From NCBI GenBank assembly GCA_033549025.1, contig JAWSUS010000001.1:75590-139589 (forward strand): 64,000 bases of DNA, written 5' to 3'. Under the pieces are notes generated by a model. That model was not told the DNA's origin. It did not search any database and saw only the letters and a list, made by a program, of their open reading frames with translations. The DNA is from Desulfuromonadales bacterium. GTDB taxonomy: Bacteria > Desulfobacterota > Desulfuromonadia > Desulfuromonadales > SZUA-540. This document shows, piece by piece, positions 28,205 to 37,722 of this stretch. The translations under genes were made by a program, and so were the position numbers. The first letter of the stretch is position 1, and each line of letters starts with the position of its first letter.

Positions 28205-30003
28205 CAGGTCCTCTTGAACATCTTTTCGATCTCTCCCCGCGTCAGACGCTGCATGACCGGGCGACCGTGCGGACAGTGACCTTTGAAATCGACGGTGTCC
28301 ATATCGTTGAGCAAAGCCTGCATCTGCGGCAGGGACAATTTCTGGTTGGCCCGAACCATGGTGTGACAGGCCATGAGGATGAGGACCTGATCCAGGGCTT
28401 CATCCAGCCTGCCGCTCTGACCGATCTGGGTCAGTTCTCCACCGACATCGCGTAGCAGAGCGACCGGGTCGGCTTTGTGCAGCAGCTGCGGCACCGCCTT
28501 GAGGACGAAACTGTTGCCGCCAAAGGGCTCCACATCAAAGCCGAGGCGCTGCAAATCGTCCACATGCTCATGCACATGAGCCGCCTGCCGAAAATCGAAT
28601 TCCAGCACATCAGGGAAAAGCAAGGCCTGCCGTTCAATCCTCCCTTGCCGAAGCTGCTCTTTGAGACGTTCAAAACCGATCCGCTCGTGGGCCGCATGCT
28701 GATCGATGAGAAGGAGATCTTCGCCGTCCTGACAGAGCAGGTAGGACTGACCGAACTGTCCAATGAGGGTCAGGGAAGAAAAGAAGCCGGCGGACGTCTC
28801 GCTGGAAACTTTCTGTTCAGGCAGCGAAAGTGGTGGCGCAGAAGGCGAGCCAAAGGGATCGGCCGCTTCCCTGGCCTCGAATCGAGGCGCTGGCGGGGGC
28901 GCCGCCGGGAGTGACATGGGAGACCATGGGGCCGACACGGAGCGGGGGACCTCTTCCCGTTGGGCAGGAGCATCCCGGCGGACCTCCGGAGGGGCCTCAT
29001 CCTTCAACCAGGCGGCCGGGCGCAGAGCATCCCGCACGCTTCCAGCGATAAAATCGTGCACCAGGGACTGTTCACGGAAGCGTACCTCGTGCTTGGTCGG
29101 ATGGACATTGACATCCACCAACTGGGGATCCAGCTCGATAAAGAGGACGACAACCGGGTAGCGGCCCTTAAAGAGCAGGTTCCGGTAGCCGTCCAGGATA
29201 GCGTGCTGAATAACGCGATCCCGCACATAGCGCCCGTTGACGAAGGAAAACATGGCCGATGTCGTCGAACGGGTGGAAGACGGCTGGGAGACCAGGCCGG
29301 TCACCTTCAGATCGCCCTCGCCGCGTTCGACGGCGATCAAATCGCTTGCCAAGGTGCGCCCCAGCAGGGCGAGGGTTCGTTCGCGAAGGCTATCGTGCCG
29401 GTAAACGTCGAGCAGAGACCGGCCGTTATGGCTGAGCTTGAACTGCACATCCGGACGGGCCAGCGCCATTTTGGTCACCACGTCGCCGATGTGGCCCAAC
29501 TCCGTCTCCTCGCGCCGGAGAAATTTTCGCCGAGCCGGCAGGTTGAAGAAGAGGTTGCGCACCTCGATGGTCGTTCCGCAGGGCATGCCGATGGCATCCG
29601 CCCGTCGAACTGTGCCCCCCTCGAGATAGATCTCAACCCCTTCGAGGGAGTCCTTCTCGCGGGTACGTAAAGTCAGACGGGAGACCGCAGCAATAGAGGG
29701 CAACGCCTCACCTCGGAAACCCAGGGTGCGAATCGCGAAAAGATCTTCGTCCGTCCGAATTTTACTGGTAGCGTGGCGCTCCAGCGACAAAAAGGCATCT
29801 TCCCGACCCATGCCGGAACCATTATCCACGATACGGATCAGGCTTCTGCCTCCCTTTTCGACCTCCACACGCACTTCGGTAGCGCCGGCATCCAGGGAAT
29901 TTTCCACCAGTTCCTTCACCACCGAAGACGGCCGTTCGACCACTTCGCCGGCAGCAATCTGGTTACAGAGTTTCTCAGGCAGCAGTTGAATACGGTGTTT
30001 CAT
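28204..30003 (-). CDS. mutL: DNA mismatch repair endonuclease MutL
   Basis: IAAGEVVERP, GFRGEAL, DVNVHPTK, DQHAAHERI, CPHGRP. Confidence 0.98.
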   Translation of the reverse strand: MKHRIQLLPEKLCNQIAAGEVVERPSSVVKELVENSLDAGATEVRVEVEKGGRSLIRIVDNGSGMGREDAFLSLERHATSKIRTDEDLFAIRTLGFRGEALPSIAAVSRLTLRTREKDSLEGVEIYLEGGTVRRADAIGMPCGTTIEVRNLFFNLPARRKFLRREETELGHIGDVVTKMALARPDVQFKLSHNGRSLLDVYRHDSLRERTLALLGRTLASDLIAVERGEGDLKVTGLVSQPSSTRSTTSAMFSFVNGRYVRDRVIQHAILDGYRNLLFKGRYPVVVLFIELDPQLVDVNVHPTKHEVRFREQSLVHDFIAGSVRDALRPAAWLKDEAPPEVRRDAPAQREEVPRSVSAPWSPMSLPAAPPPAPRFEAREAADPFGSPSAPPLSLPEQKVSSETSAGFFSSLTLIGQFGQSYLLCQDGEDLLLIDQHAAHERIGFERLKEQLRQGRIERQALLFPDVLEFDFRQAAHVHEHVDDLQRLGFDVEPFGGNSFVLKAVPQLLHKADPVALLRDVGGELTQIGQSGRLDEALDQVLILMACHTMVRANQKLSLPQMQALLNDMDTVDFKGHCPHGRPVMQRLTRGEIEKMFKRT

Positions 30004-30038
30004 CAGATTCCTTCACCCTGGCAGCCAGGTCACTTTGG

Positions 30039-30072
30039 AAAAAAAAGACGGCCGCAGGTACCCGGCCGTCTT
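30039..30072 (-). terminator. Intrinsic terminator between the ExeA-like ATPase and mutL
   Basis: On minus: AAGACGGCCG-loop-CGGCCGTC-TTTTTTTT. Confidence 0.75.
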
Positions 30073-30103
30073 GTATCGCTTTTCCATCCTGGATGCCGTC
30101 TTT

Positions 30104-31006
30104 TCAGGAACGCTGCTCAAGGCTCTCGAGCATGCTTTCGATTTCGTCAAAATCAGCCAGATCGTCTTTTTGGGAACCGCTGGAGAGCGGCTTGCTCAAA
30201 AGCCCCAGATCTCCCGCCACGCTCGTAACGACTTTCAGATTCACCGAAGGGAGCTTTTGCAGATAGGCCTCGAACAGGCAGTTGTCGCAGATCGTATTGA
30301 TCAGACGGGGAACGCCGCCCGCGAAGCTGTGAATCGCCGCAACGGTATCCGGTTCGAAAAGCATCTTTTTGGACTTGGCCACCCGCAGGCGATGCTTGAT
30401 ATACGCTTCAGTGGCCTCCACCGTGAAAGACTTCAGGCTGTACTTGACCGCTACCCGCTGGGCCAGAGGTTCATCAAGACGCAGGCAGTCCTCGACTTCA
30501 TGCAGACCGAAAAAGACAATATTCAGCAGTTTTTTGCCGGGAATCTCCAGGTTGAGAAGACCGCGAAATTCTTCCATGAGCTCCCGGGTCTGCATCATCT
30601 GGGCCTCGTCGATGAGGACGACGGCCTTGCGCCCGCTCGCTTCAATTTCCAGCAGGCGCTCGAACAACTGTTTGATCAGGGTGAGGCGATCGGGAGCCGG
30701 GTCTTCCACCCCAAGCTGCATGGCGATCCGGGTCAAAATCCATTCCGGTGTGACGCTGGAATGAATCATGACAAGAAGGGAGGATTCGTATTTGTCGTCG
30801 GGAAGGCTGTCGAGCATGCGGCGGGCCAGGGTCGTCTTACCAGTCCCAATGCCCCCTACCAGCAGCGCCAACCCCTTGTTGGAATCGACGGCGTAACGCA
30901 GGCGGATCAAAGCCTGACTGTGCTGTTCACTGTTGAAGTAGAAGCGAGCGTCTGGAGCGTTGGAAAAGGGCTCTCTTTCCAGGCCGAAATGTTCGCTGTA
31001 ACTCAT
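30104..31006 (-). CDS. ExeA/GspA-family AAA+ ATPase (second copy)
   Basis: YSEHFGLEREPFSNAPD, GGIGTGKTT, VLIDEAQ, GGVPRLIN. Confidence 0.9.
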   Translation of the reverse strand: MSYSEHFGLEREPFSNAPDARFYFNSEQHSQALIRLRYAVDSNKGLALLVGGIGTGKTTLARRMLDSLPDDKYESSLLVMIHSSVTPEWILTRIAMQLGVEDPAPDRLTLIKQLFERLLEIEASGRKAVVLIDEAQMMQTRELMEEFRGLLNLEIPGKKLLNIVFFGLHEVEDCLRLDEPLAQRVAVKYSLKSFTVEATEAYIKHRLRVAKSKKMLFEPDTVAAIHSFAGGVPRLINTICDNCLFEAYLQKLPSVNLKVVTSVAGDLGLLSKPLSSGSQKDDLADFDEIESMLESLEQRS

Positions 31007-31031
31007 GTAATACCCCTGAACTCAGAACAGG

Positions 31032-33236
31032 CTAGACGAAGGAAATGCGATCTTTTTTGGATTTACCGACCCCGTCATCATTCCCCGCCGCACCGGAGAC
31101 GCCCAGCTCCTGACCGAGGAGGGTCAATTTCTCCGAAACATTGCGGAAGAAAGAGTCGGCCGCGGCCACACGCTTGAAGCACTCGAAAGCCTCGCGAGGC
31201 TTGCCCCATACCTCATAGAGCAGGCCCAGTTCATAATAGATGCTGATGCGCTCTTCGCTGTCCAGCCCATCATTGGCCAGCCCGGTTTTGAACGTGTGCT
31301 CAGCGTTTTCGAAAGAGCCTTTCTCGGCCAGGCAGATACCCTTGGCGGTAATGCCGTCGACAAATCGGGCTGGATTCTTCATGGTCTTTTCGAATTCAGC
31401 GATGGCATCATCCAGCAGCCCCATTTCTTTGTAGGCAATCCCTAGGCTGTAGTGCGCTTCGGCGTCTTCCCCGCCGATCTGCGAATCGACCCCTTTTTTG
31501 AACTCGGCGAAGACGCCGTCAAACTGGAAGCGGTCGGACTCATCAACCCCCTCCATCCCTTCGGTGGCGTCTAAGGCACCGTCGTCCATAATTTCGGCAG
31601 CGAGATCAAAGTAGCCTTCTTCCGGTTCCTCGGTGGGGACGGGTGCGGACTGCAGGCGGCGGGACTGTATTTCGCCCAGTTTTTCGAGGGCAGCCTCAAG
31701 GGACGGATCCGAGGCCAGCAGGCGTTGGCAGATCTGTTCTGCCTCGTCGAGCAGATCCTGCTGCAGATAGAAATCGGCCTCTTCAAGCTCCGACTTAATG
31801 GTAGGCGCAGAAACGGGCTCGGGCTCGGCCGCGACCTCGTCTTCATCGACGAGTTCTTCCAGCTCTTCTTCCAGGTCGGTAATAGGTTCCAGGTCGAGTT
31901 CAAGGTCGACGACGGCTTCTTCGAGATCGTCATCTTCCTTTTCAACCTCTGCGACCAGCTCGAGCTCTTCATCAACGACGTCCAATTCGAGATCCATCTC
32001 GATTTCATGGTCATCAACCGCTTCGACAAGATCTGCATCCGCCAGCGTTTCCACCCCTTCGGCTTCATCGATCTCGTCCGCGACGAGGTCCTCGAGTTCC
32101 GCCCCTTGCGTCTCACCGGTTTCCCCCAACGCTTCCAGCACAGGTGGTACTTCTTCCGTGGGAGCGGCGGGAATCTCATCGGCAAAAGCATCCTTCTCGG
32201 CGCGGGACATCAGATCGAACAGTTTGTCTCCCTCACCCGCCTCTTCATAAAGCCCTTTAAGGGTCGCAATAACCCGTTGATCATTGGGCAAAGCCTCAAG
32301 CAGACCCTCATACAGCTCTTTGAGAACAGTCGTCTTTTCAGCTTTTTTGAAAGCTTCCCTAACCGGCTCCAGGGCCTCCAAAGCAACGGAGGCCTTATCG
32401 AGTTGCAAAAGGAGTCGGGCGTGCTCTTCCTGCATGGCCAGATCGTCCGGATCAACTTTAAGGAGATGGTTGAGCGTAACCCGGCTATTTTCCAGATCAC
32501 CCGTCTCCTTATAGGCCCAGGCCAGGGCGGCAAGGATGGAGATATCGTCGGGATGGCTCTTGATCAGCCCCTTGAGCCACTGCATCCCCTTTTCGACCTC
32601 GCCTTCACGGATGAAGGTCTGGGCCAGTCCGGCCTTCAGGGTCACATTATCGGGGAAAAGGGGGAGAAAGATCTCATAGAGCTTCAGCAGTCTGGCCCAG
32701 TCCTGTTTCTCCTCAAGGACTTTGCAGACATCATCGAATTCGGTGAGGGCTTGGTCGGGGTTGCCGCTGTCGACATAGCGTTCGGCTATTTTGACCCGGA
32801 TGGAGAGGTTCTCGGGATCAAGACTCTTCATCTTCTCGAGAATGCCGACAGCCTCCTTGTGTTTGCTCTGCTTTTCGTAAAGGCTGACCAGGGAACGGTA
32901 TTCGGCCAGCGCGTTGCCGGCCAGGCCCTGTTTTTCATTGAGTTCGGCCAGGCGTTGATAGAATCGGGGCTGGCTCGCGTCAAGCTTCTGCAGCTGCTTG
33001 TAGACAGCGATGGCCTTCAGATAAAACCCAGTGTTGGAAAAATGCTTGGCGACCGCTTCATATTCGGTAATGGCCTCGTCGACCATCTTGGCCCGGCTCA
33101 GAAGTTCAGCCAGCTTCTGTCGGTGGCGAATATCCTTCGCATCGACACTGACCAGCTTCTGGTAGTCCTTGATAGCCTTGGCCAACTGACCTTTCTGGAT
33201 ATTTTTCTGGGCGGACGCCAGTAATTTTTCTTTCAT
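31032..33236 (-). CDS. Large TPR protein with acidic linker, SgmX/Bd2492-like
   Basis: N-terminal TPRs (GFYLKAIAVYKQ), long D/E-rich low-complexity middle, C-terminal TPRs starting EAHYSLGIAYKEMGLLDDAIAEF. Confidence 0.75.
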   Translation of the reverse strand: MKEKLLASAQKNIQKGQLAKAIKDYQKLVSVDAKDIRHRQKLAELLSRAKMVDEAITEYEAVAKHFSNTGFYLKAIAVYKQLQKLDASQPRFYQRLAELNEKQGLAGNALAEYRSLVSLYEKQSKHKEAVGILEKMKSLDPENLSIRVKIAERYVDSGNPDQALTEFDDVCKVLEEKQDWARLLKLYEIFLPLFPDNVTLKAGLAQTFIREGEVEKGMQWLKGLIKSHPDDISILAALAWAYKETGDLENSRVTLNHLLKVDPDDLAMQEEHARLLLQLDKASVALEALEPVREAFKKAEKTTVLKELYEGLLEALPNDQRVIATLKGLYEEAGEGDKLFDLMSRAEKDAFADEIPAAPTEEVPPVLEALGETGETQGAELEDLVADEIDEAEGVETLADADLVEAVDDHEIEMDLELDVVDEELELVAEVEKEDDDLEEAVVDLELDLEPITDLEEELEELVDEDEVAAEPEPVSAPTIKSELEEADFYLQQDLLDEAEQICQRLLASDPSLEAALEKLGEIQSRRLQSAPVPTEEPEEGYFDLAAEIMDDGALDATEGMEGVDESDRFQFDGVFAEFKKGVDSQIGGEDAEAHYSLGIAYKEMGLLDDAIAEFEKTMKNPARFVDGITAKGICLAEKGSFENAEHTFKTGLANDGLDSEERISIYYELGLLYEVWGKPREAFECFKRVAAADSFFRNVSEKLTLLGQELGVSGAAGNDDGVGKSKKDRISFV

Positions 33237-33290
33237 AGACTCTTTGCCACCTGGGAGAAATAATCCGTGCGGAGAAATGCGCGTCCGTCT

Positions 33291-33320
33291 AACCTAAACT
33301 ATCGTCACCGGGACTGTCAA
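33291..33320 (-). promoter_or_regulatory. Putative sigma70 promoter for the TPR-ExeA pair
   Basis: TTGACA-N18-TAGGTT. Confidence 0.45.
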
Positions 33321-33391
33321 GGCCAAAGAATGCTGATTTTATCTTTAGAAAACAAAGGAGTAGGACTTTTCCACCGGGGTCGGGGGCAAGC

Positions 33392-34786
33392 CTAGACAAA
33401 TCGCTCCTTGACGCCACGAAACCAGTCATCAAAGGCCTTTTGTTTCTGCTCGTACCCCGCCCGTCCCATCAGGGCATAGGTGTATTCCTTTCCCTCCTCG
33501 ACCCCCGGCTGATCGAGGGGATCGACCCCGAAGAGCCCACCGGCGAAGACGGTCTGCACCTCCAGCATGTAAACCAGCGCCCCAAGGGAGTGAGGCGAAA
33601 GGTCGGGCAGGGTCAGGGTGCAGTTGGGGCGGCCATTGGTGGACAGGGCCATGGCGGTCGCTTTTTGTTCGCTGCGAATCAGTTGGGCAAGGGTTTTGCC
33701 CTGCAGATAGTCAAGTTCGGGCGCTCCCGGGACGGGGGGAATGGTCAGGTCAGCGCCATAATCGTCCAGAGCCAGGAAGGTGACGACCTTGTCAAAAGGC
33801 CCCTCCATATACAGCTGCACCTGGCTGTGCTGATCGGTGGTTCCCAGCGCCTTGACCGGGGTGGGCCCCACGTGAATCACCTGGCCGTCCAGTCCGAATT
33901 TTTTTCCAAGACTCTCCGCCCAGAGCTGGCGATACCAGTCGGCCATGTCCCGCAAACCATCGCTGTAGGGCATCATGACGGAGATAGGCATATTCTTACG
34001 GTAGGCCAGATACTGCAGAGCCGCGTTGATATAGGCGGGGTTTTTACGGAAATCCTCCAGGGTGGCCCGTTTCTCCATGGCCGCCGCTCCAGCCAATAGC
34101 TCCTGCACATCGACGCCCACAGCCGCCAGGGGCAGAAGTCCGACGGGCGTAAAAACGGAAAAACGCCCCCCAACCCCCGCGGGGATGGAAAGGGATCGAT
34201 AGCCCTGCTCGTCGGCCAGACGTCGCAACACCCCTTTGTCCGGATCGGTGATAAGGATGAAATGGCGGTTCACCTCTTTCCCACAGGCGTCCGAGGCCCA
34301 CTGACGGGCAATGGCGAACTGACTCATGGTCTCGACGGTGGTTCCCGACTTGCTGATCACCAGAAAAACGGTGCGCAAAGGGTCGAGCAAATCGAGGCTC
34401 TGGGCAATACCGGCGGGGTCGACGTTGTCCAGAACATGCAGTCTGGGATAGCCGCCGCGCTTATCTGGGGTCAGCAGGTTGTGGTGAAAGGGACACAGAG
34501 CCCGAAAAAGCGCCAGGGTGCCGAGGGCAGATCCGCCGATGCCCAGAACGACGACATCGTCAAAATCCCGGCGAAGATCCGCTGTCAGAGCGACGACTTC
34601 ATCGAGAGTGGAGCGGTCAAATGGAAGGTCGTAAAAAGGCAGGCTCCCCTGCTGGCGGGCCGCCATCAGCTGCCGGTGAATCTCCTGAGTTCTGGGTTTC
34701 AGCGCGTCGAGATCCGCCTCGTGAATCCCTTGCTTCTCTCCCACGGCATCAGCCATCATATTGGTGTAATCAAGACGAATTTTCAT
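33392..34786 (-). CDS. pgi: Glucose-6-phosphate isomerase
   Basis: GIGGSALG, SKSGTT, VGGRFSV, QLWAESLGK, DQPGVEEGK. Confidence 0.97.
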   Translation of the reverse strand: MKIRLDYTNMMADAVGEKQGIHEADLDALKPRTQEIHRQLMAARQQGSLPFYDLPFDRSTLDEVVALTADLRRDFDDVVVLGIGGSALGTLALFRALCPFHHNLLTPDKRGGYPRLHVLDNVDPAGIAQSLDLLDPLRTVFLVISKSGTTVETMSQFAIARQWASDACGKEVNRHFILITDPDKGVLRRLADEQGYRSLSIPAGVGGRFSVFTPVGLLPLAAVGVDVQELLAGAAAMEKRATLEDFRKNPAYINAALQYLAYRKNMPISVMMPYSDGLRDMADWYRQLWAESLGKKFGLDGQVIHVGPTPVKALGTTDQHSQVQLYMEGPFDKVVTFLALDDYGADLTIPPVPGAPELDYLQGKTLAQLIRSEQKATAMALSTNGRPNCTLTLPDLSPHSLGALVYMLEVQTVFAGGLFGVDPLDQPGVEEGKEYTYALMGRAGYEQKQKAFDDWFRGVKERFV

Positions 34787-34847
34787 AAAGGCTCCCTCAT
34801 GGGCAGGTGGTTTGCAGCAAGAAATTAATACTCAAGTATGCCAGAGA

Positions 34848-35570
34848 TTAGAGCTTTTTCAATCGACCGACCTCGGCCGGGGTGAGATGACGAAATTGAC
34901 CGGGAGGAATGTCCTTGAGATCGAGAAAAGCCAGGCGCACACGCTTGAGGCGGCTCACCGGGTGGCCCACCGCCTCGCACATGCGCCGCACCTGCCGGTT
35001 GCGCCCTTCATGGATGGTGATCTCAAACCAGGTGTGACTGCCGGACTGCCTCACCTGCGCGACCCGAGCCGGAGCCGTACGCCCATCTTCCAGGTCGACG
35101 CCCTCCTGCAGGCGTTTTTGCGCGGCCGCGTTCAGCGCCCCGCGCACGCGAACCAGATAGGTCTTATCCACCTCATGGCGGGGATGGGCCAGACCCTGCG
35201 CGAAGTCGCCATCATTGGTCAGAATGAGCAGTCCTTCCGTCATGAAGTCAAGTCGTCCAACGGGAAAGAGTCGAGCCCCCACCTCACGCACCAGATCCGT
35301 GACCAGGGGGCGCCCTTGAGGATCCCGCAGGGAGGTCAGGTATTTGGCCGGTTTGTTGAGCAGGATATAGTAGCGGCGGCCTGGCTGGGCGAGGGGTTTG
35401 CCGTCGACAGCCACTTCGTCGCGAGCCAGATCGGCCGTATCACCCAGGCTGGCTGGGTGGCCGTTCACCGTCACCCTCCCCGCCTCGATCCACTTTTCCG
35501 CCTCTCTTCTAGAAGCCAGCCCGGCGGCGGCGATGATCTTCTGCAGCCTTTCAGCGGCTCCCTTATTCAT
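34848..35570 (-). CDS. rluB: Pseudouridine synthase, RsuA/RluB family
   Basis: S4 domain ERLQKIIAAAG, VGRLDF, EGRNRQVRRM; scpA-scpB-rluB order. Start moved to ATG 35570. Confidence 0.88.
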   Translation of the reverse strand: MNKGAAERLQKIIAAAGLASRREAEKWIEAGRVTVNGHPASLGDTADLARDEVAVDGKPLAQPGRRYYILLNKPAKYLTSLRDPQGRPLVTDLVREVGARLFPVGRLDFMTEGLLILTNDGDFAQGLAHPRHEVDKTYLVRVRGALNAAAQKRLQEGVDLEDGRTAPARVAQVRQSGSHTWFEITIHEGRNRQVRRMCEAVGHPVSRLKRVRLAFLDLKDIPPGQFRHLTPAEVGRLKKL

Positions 35571-36162
35571 CCAGTTCGTCCTCAGGCCAGCCGTGCTCGG
35601 CATCGTCTTCGAGGTGCGCCCCTTCCGTTTCCAGCGTTTCAGGGGTCAGTTCGCTGAATTCCTTCAGGGTCGGCAGGCTGGAGAGATCGGCCAGACCGAA
35701 TACCTGCAGAAACTCGGCGGTGGTGCCGTACAGCAGAGGCCGCCCGGCGATATCTTTTTTACCCAGAATGCGAATGAGATGTTTATCAAGGAGAGTTTTG
35801 ACGACGCCGCCGGAATCGACCCCACGCAGGTATTCGACCTCGGCCCGGGTCACCGGTTGCCGGTAGGCGATAATGGCCAGGGTCTCCAGAGCCGCCCGGG
35901 AAAACTTGAAGGGCCGGTTCTTCTGCAGGCGCCGCACCCATTCGGCATATTCGGGGCGACTGCGGAACTGGTAGCCACCGGCCACCTCTTGCAGAAAAAA
36001 GCCGCGCCGCATGGACTCATAGTCGCGTACCAACTCCCGCAGGGCCGTCACAACCGCCTCTTTGTCCACATCGAGCGCCTCTGCCAGCCTCTCCGCCTTG
36101 ATGGGCGCCTCGGAGGCGAAAATAAGACACTCCACGATGGTCTTGATCTCAGTGGTATCCAA
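35563..36162 (-). CDS. scpB: SMC-Scp complex subunit ScpB
   Basis: ALETLAIIAYRQPVTRAEVEYLRGVDS, GRPLLYGTT. Probable TTG start at 36162 after RBS GAGGAG. Confidence 0.95.
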   Translation of the reverse strand: MDTTEIKTIVECLIFASEAPIKAERLAEALDVDKEAVVTALRELVRDYESMRRGFFLQEVAGGYQFRSRPEYAEWVRRLQKNRPFKFSRAALETLAIIAYRQPVTRAEVEYLRGVDSGGVVKTLLDKHLIRILGKKDIAGRPLLYGTTAEFLQVFGLADLSSLPTLKEFSELTPETLETEGAHLEDDAEHGWPEDELDE

Positions 36163-36916
36163 GGGTCTCCTCATCCACAGGCCAGGTCGCCCGCTCACCG
36201 CCATCCTCAGACGGATAGAGCCAGATAGGACCATGTTTGTCGTTCTGCATCAGGCGGATCAGCCGCAGCTTGACCAATTCGAGCATGGCCAGAAAGGTGA
36301 CCACGATCTCGTGCCGGTCGGGCTTCTGGCTGAACAGTTCGGTAAAGAGCAGGTTTTCCCGCTGGCTAAAGAGATCCAGAATGCCATGGATGCGCTCCGT
36401 GACGGAAAGCCGCTCCGTATCGACCTCGTGCACCGGCGCTTCGGGATGCTCCTGCAGAAAACGCCGAAAAGCCTCGACCAGTTCGTAGATGCCTACGGCT
36501 TCAAACTCCGTCTCTGCCGCCGGCTCGGCCTCCGGTTCGAGAAAATCCCGCACAAAGACGTCCCGCTGCAGTTGCGGAAAGGCATCGAGCCTTTCGGCCG
36601 CGTCCTTGTATTTCTGGTATTCCAGCAGGCGGCGAACCAGTTCGGCGCGCGGGTCCTCCTCTTCGTCCTCCAGATCCTCCTCCTCGCTGGCCGGCAGCAG
36701 CAGGCGGGACTTGATATGGATCAAGGTCGCCGCCATGAGCAAAAACTCGCCGGCCACATCGAGATTGAGACTCTTCATGGCGTCGATGAAGGCCAGATAC
36801 TGGGTGGTGATCTCCGCCATGGGGATATCGTAGATATCCATCTCGTTCTTTTTGATGAGATGGAGAAGCAGGTCGAGGGGGCCTTCGAAATTTTCGATTT
36901 TTACCTGATAGGCCAT
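36149..36916 (-). CDS. scpA: Segregation and condensation protein A
   Basis: FEGPLDLLLHLI, KSRLLLP, VVTFLAMLELVK. Confidence 0.96.
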   Translation of the reverse strand: MAYQVKIENFEGPLDLLLHLIKKNEMDIYDIPMAEITTQYLAFIDAMKSLNLDVAGEFLLMAATLIHIKSRLLLPASEEEDLEDEEEDPRAELVRRLLEYQKYKDAAERLDAFPQLQRDVFVRDFLEPEAEPAAETEFEAVGIYELVEAFRRFLQEHPEAPVHEVDTERLSVTERIHGILDLFSQRENLLFTELFSQKPDRHEIVVTFLAMLELVKLRLIRLMQNDKHGPIWLYPSEDGGERATWPVDEETLGYH

Positions 36917-36928
36917 GAAGCAGGGGCC

Positions 36929-37615
36929 TCAGTTTCCGAACAGGAAATGCATGACGTATTCCACCACACCCACCTGGGGCCCGGCCAGCTTATCGACCAC
37001 GAACCAGATGAGGGGATACAGAAAAACGCGCCAGACATCGGTGAAGAACACCACGAAGATGATGATGACAAACCCGAAAGGCTCCAGCCGGGCCAGCATA
37101 TCGGCCTGTTTCTTGGGAAGGATGCCCGTCAGGACGCGGCCGCCATCCAGCGGAGGCACGGGAATCAGGTTGAAAACGGCCAGAATGACATTGATCAGCA
37201 GGCTGAAGGACACCATGAGCACAATGGGTTCGAAGGCCGCCTGCAGCAGGGTCCCTTCCAGAACTTTCAGCTCGGCGATCACGGCCAGTCCTCGCAGTAG
37301 CAGCGCCGAAAGCAACGCCAGGGCAAAATTGCTCAGAGGACCGGCCAGGGCGACCCAGATCATGTTCTGCTTGGGATTTCTGAGGTTGTTGAAATTAACG
37401 GGAACGGGACGCGCCCACCCGAAACCAAAAAAAAGCAGGGCCAGGGTACCGATGGGGTCGAGATGCTTGAGAGGGTTGAGAGTCAGTCGTCCCAACAGGC
37501 GGGCAGTGGGATCTCCGAACTTTTCGGCAAAAAAGCCGTGGGACAACTCATGCATGGTGACCGCCAGCAAGGCAGGGACCAGCATGATCGAAATTTTAAC
37601 CAGTATTTGTTCCAT
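36929..37615 (-). CDS. Site-2 protease (peptidase M50)
   Basis: HELSH, LAGPLSN, FNLIPVPPLDG. Start moved to ATG 37615. Confidence 0.93.
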   Translation of the reverse strand: MEQILVKISIMLVPALLAVTMHELSHGFFAEKFGDPTARLLGRLTLNPLKHLDPIGTLALLFFGFGWARPVPVNFNNLRNPKQNMIWVALAGPLSNFALALLSALLLRGLAVIAELKVLEGTLLQAAFEPIVLMVSFSLLINVILAVFNLIPVPPLDGGRVLTGILPKKQADMLARLEPFGFVIIIFVVFFTDVWRVFLYPLIWFVVDKLAGPQVGVVEYVMHFLFGN

Positions 37616-37649
37616 TTCGGCAGATCCGTTTCGAGAGCAAAGGTAAAAT

Positions 37650-37678
37650 TTCTTAACAGATACGGCAGAGCAAGTCAA
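37650..37678 (-). promoter_or_regulatory. Putative sigma70 promoter for S2P-scpAB-rluB
   Basis: TTGACT-N17-TAAGAA with an upstream TG. Confidence 0.6.
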
Positions 37679-37722
37679 CGAATCCCGACCCGACCCAACC
37701 GCCGAACCCGATGAAAAGGCGG

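Noticed and set aside
31800..32200. Quasi-repetitive tcttc/tcgtc DNA in the TPR gene
   Set aside because: Explained by the Asp/Glu-rich low-complexity linker; there is no discrete repeat unit.
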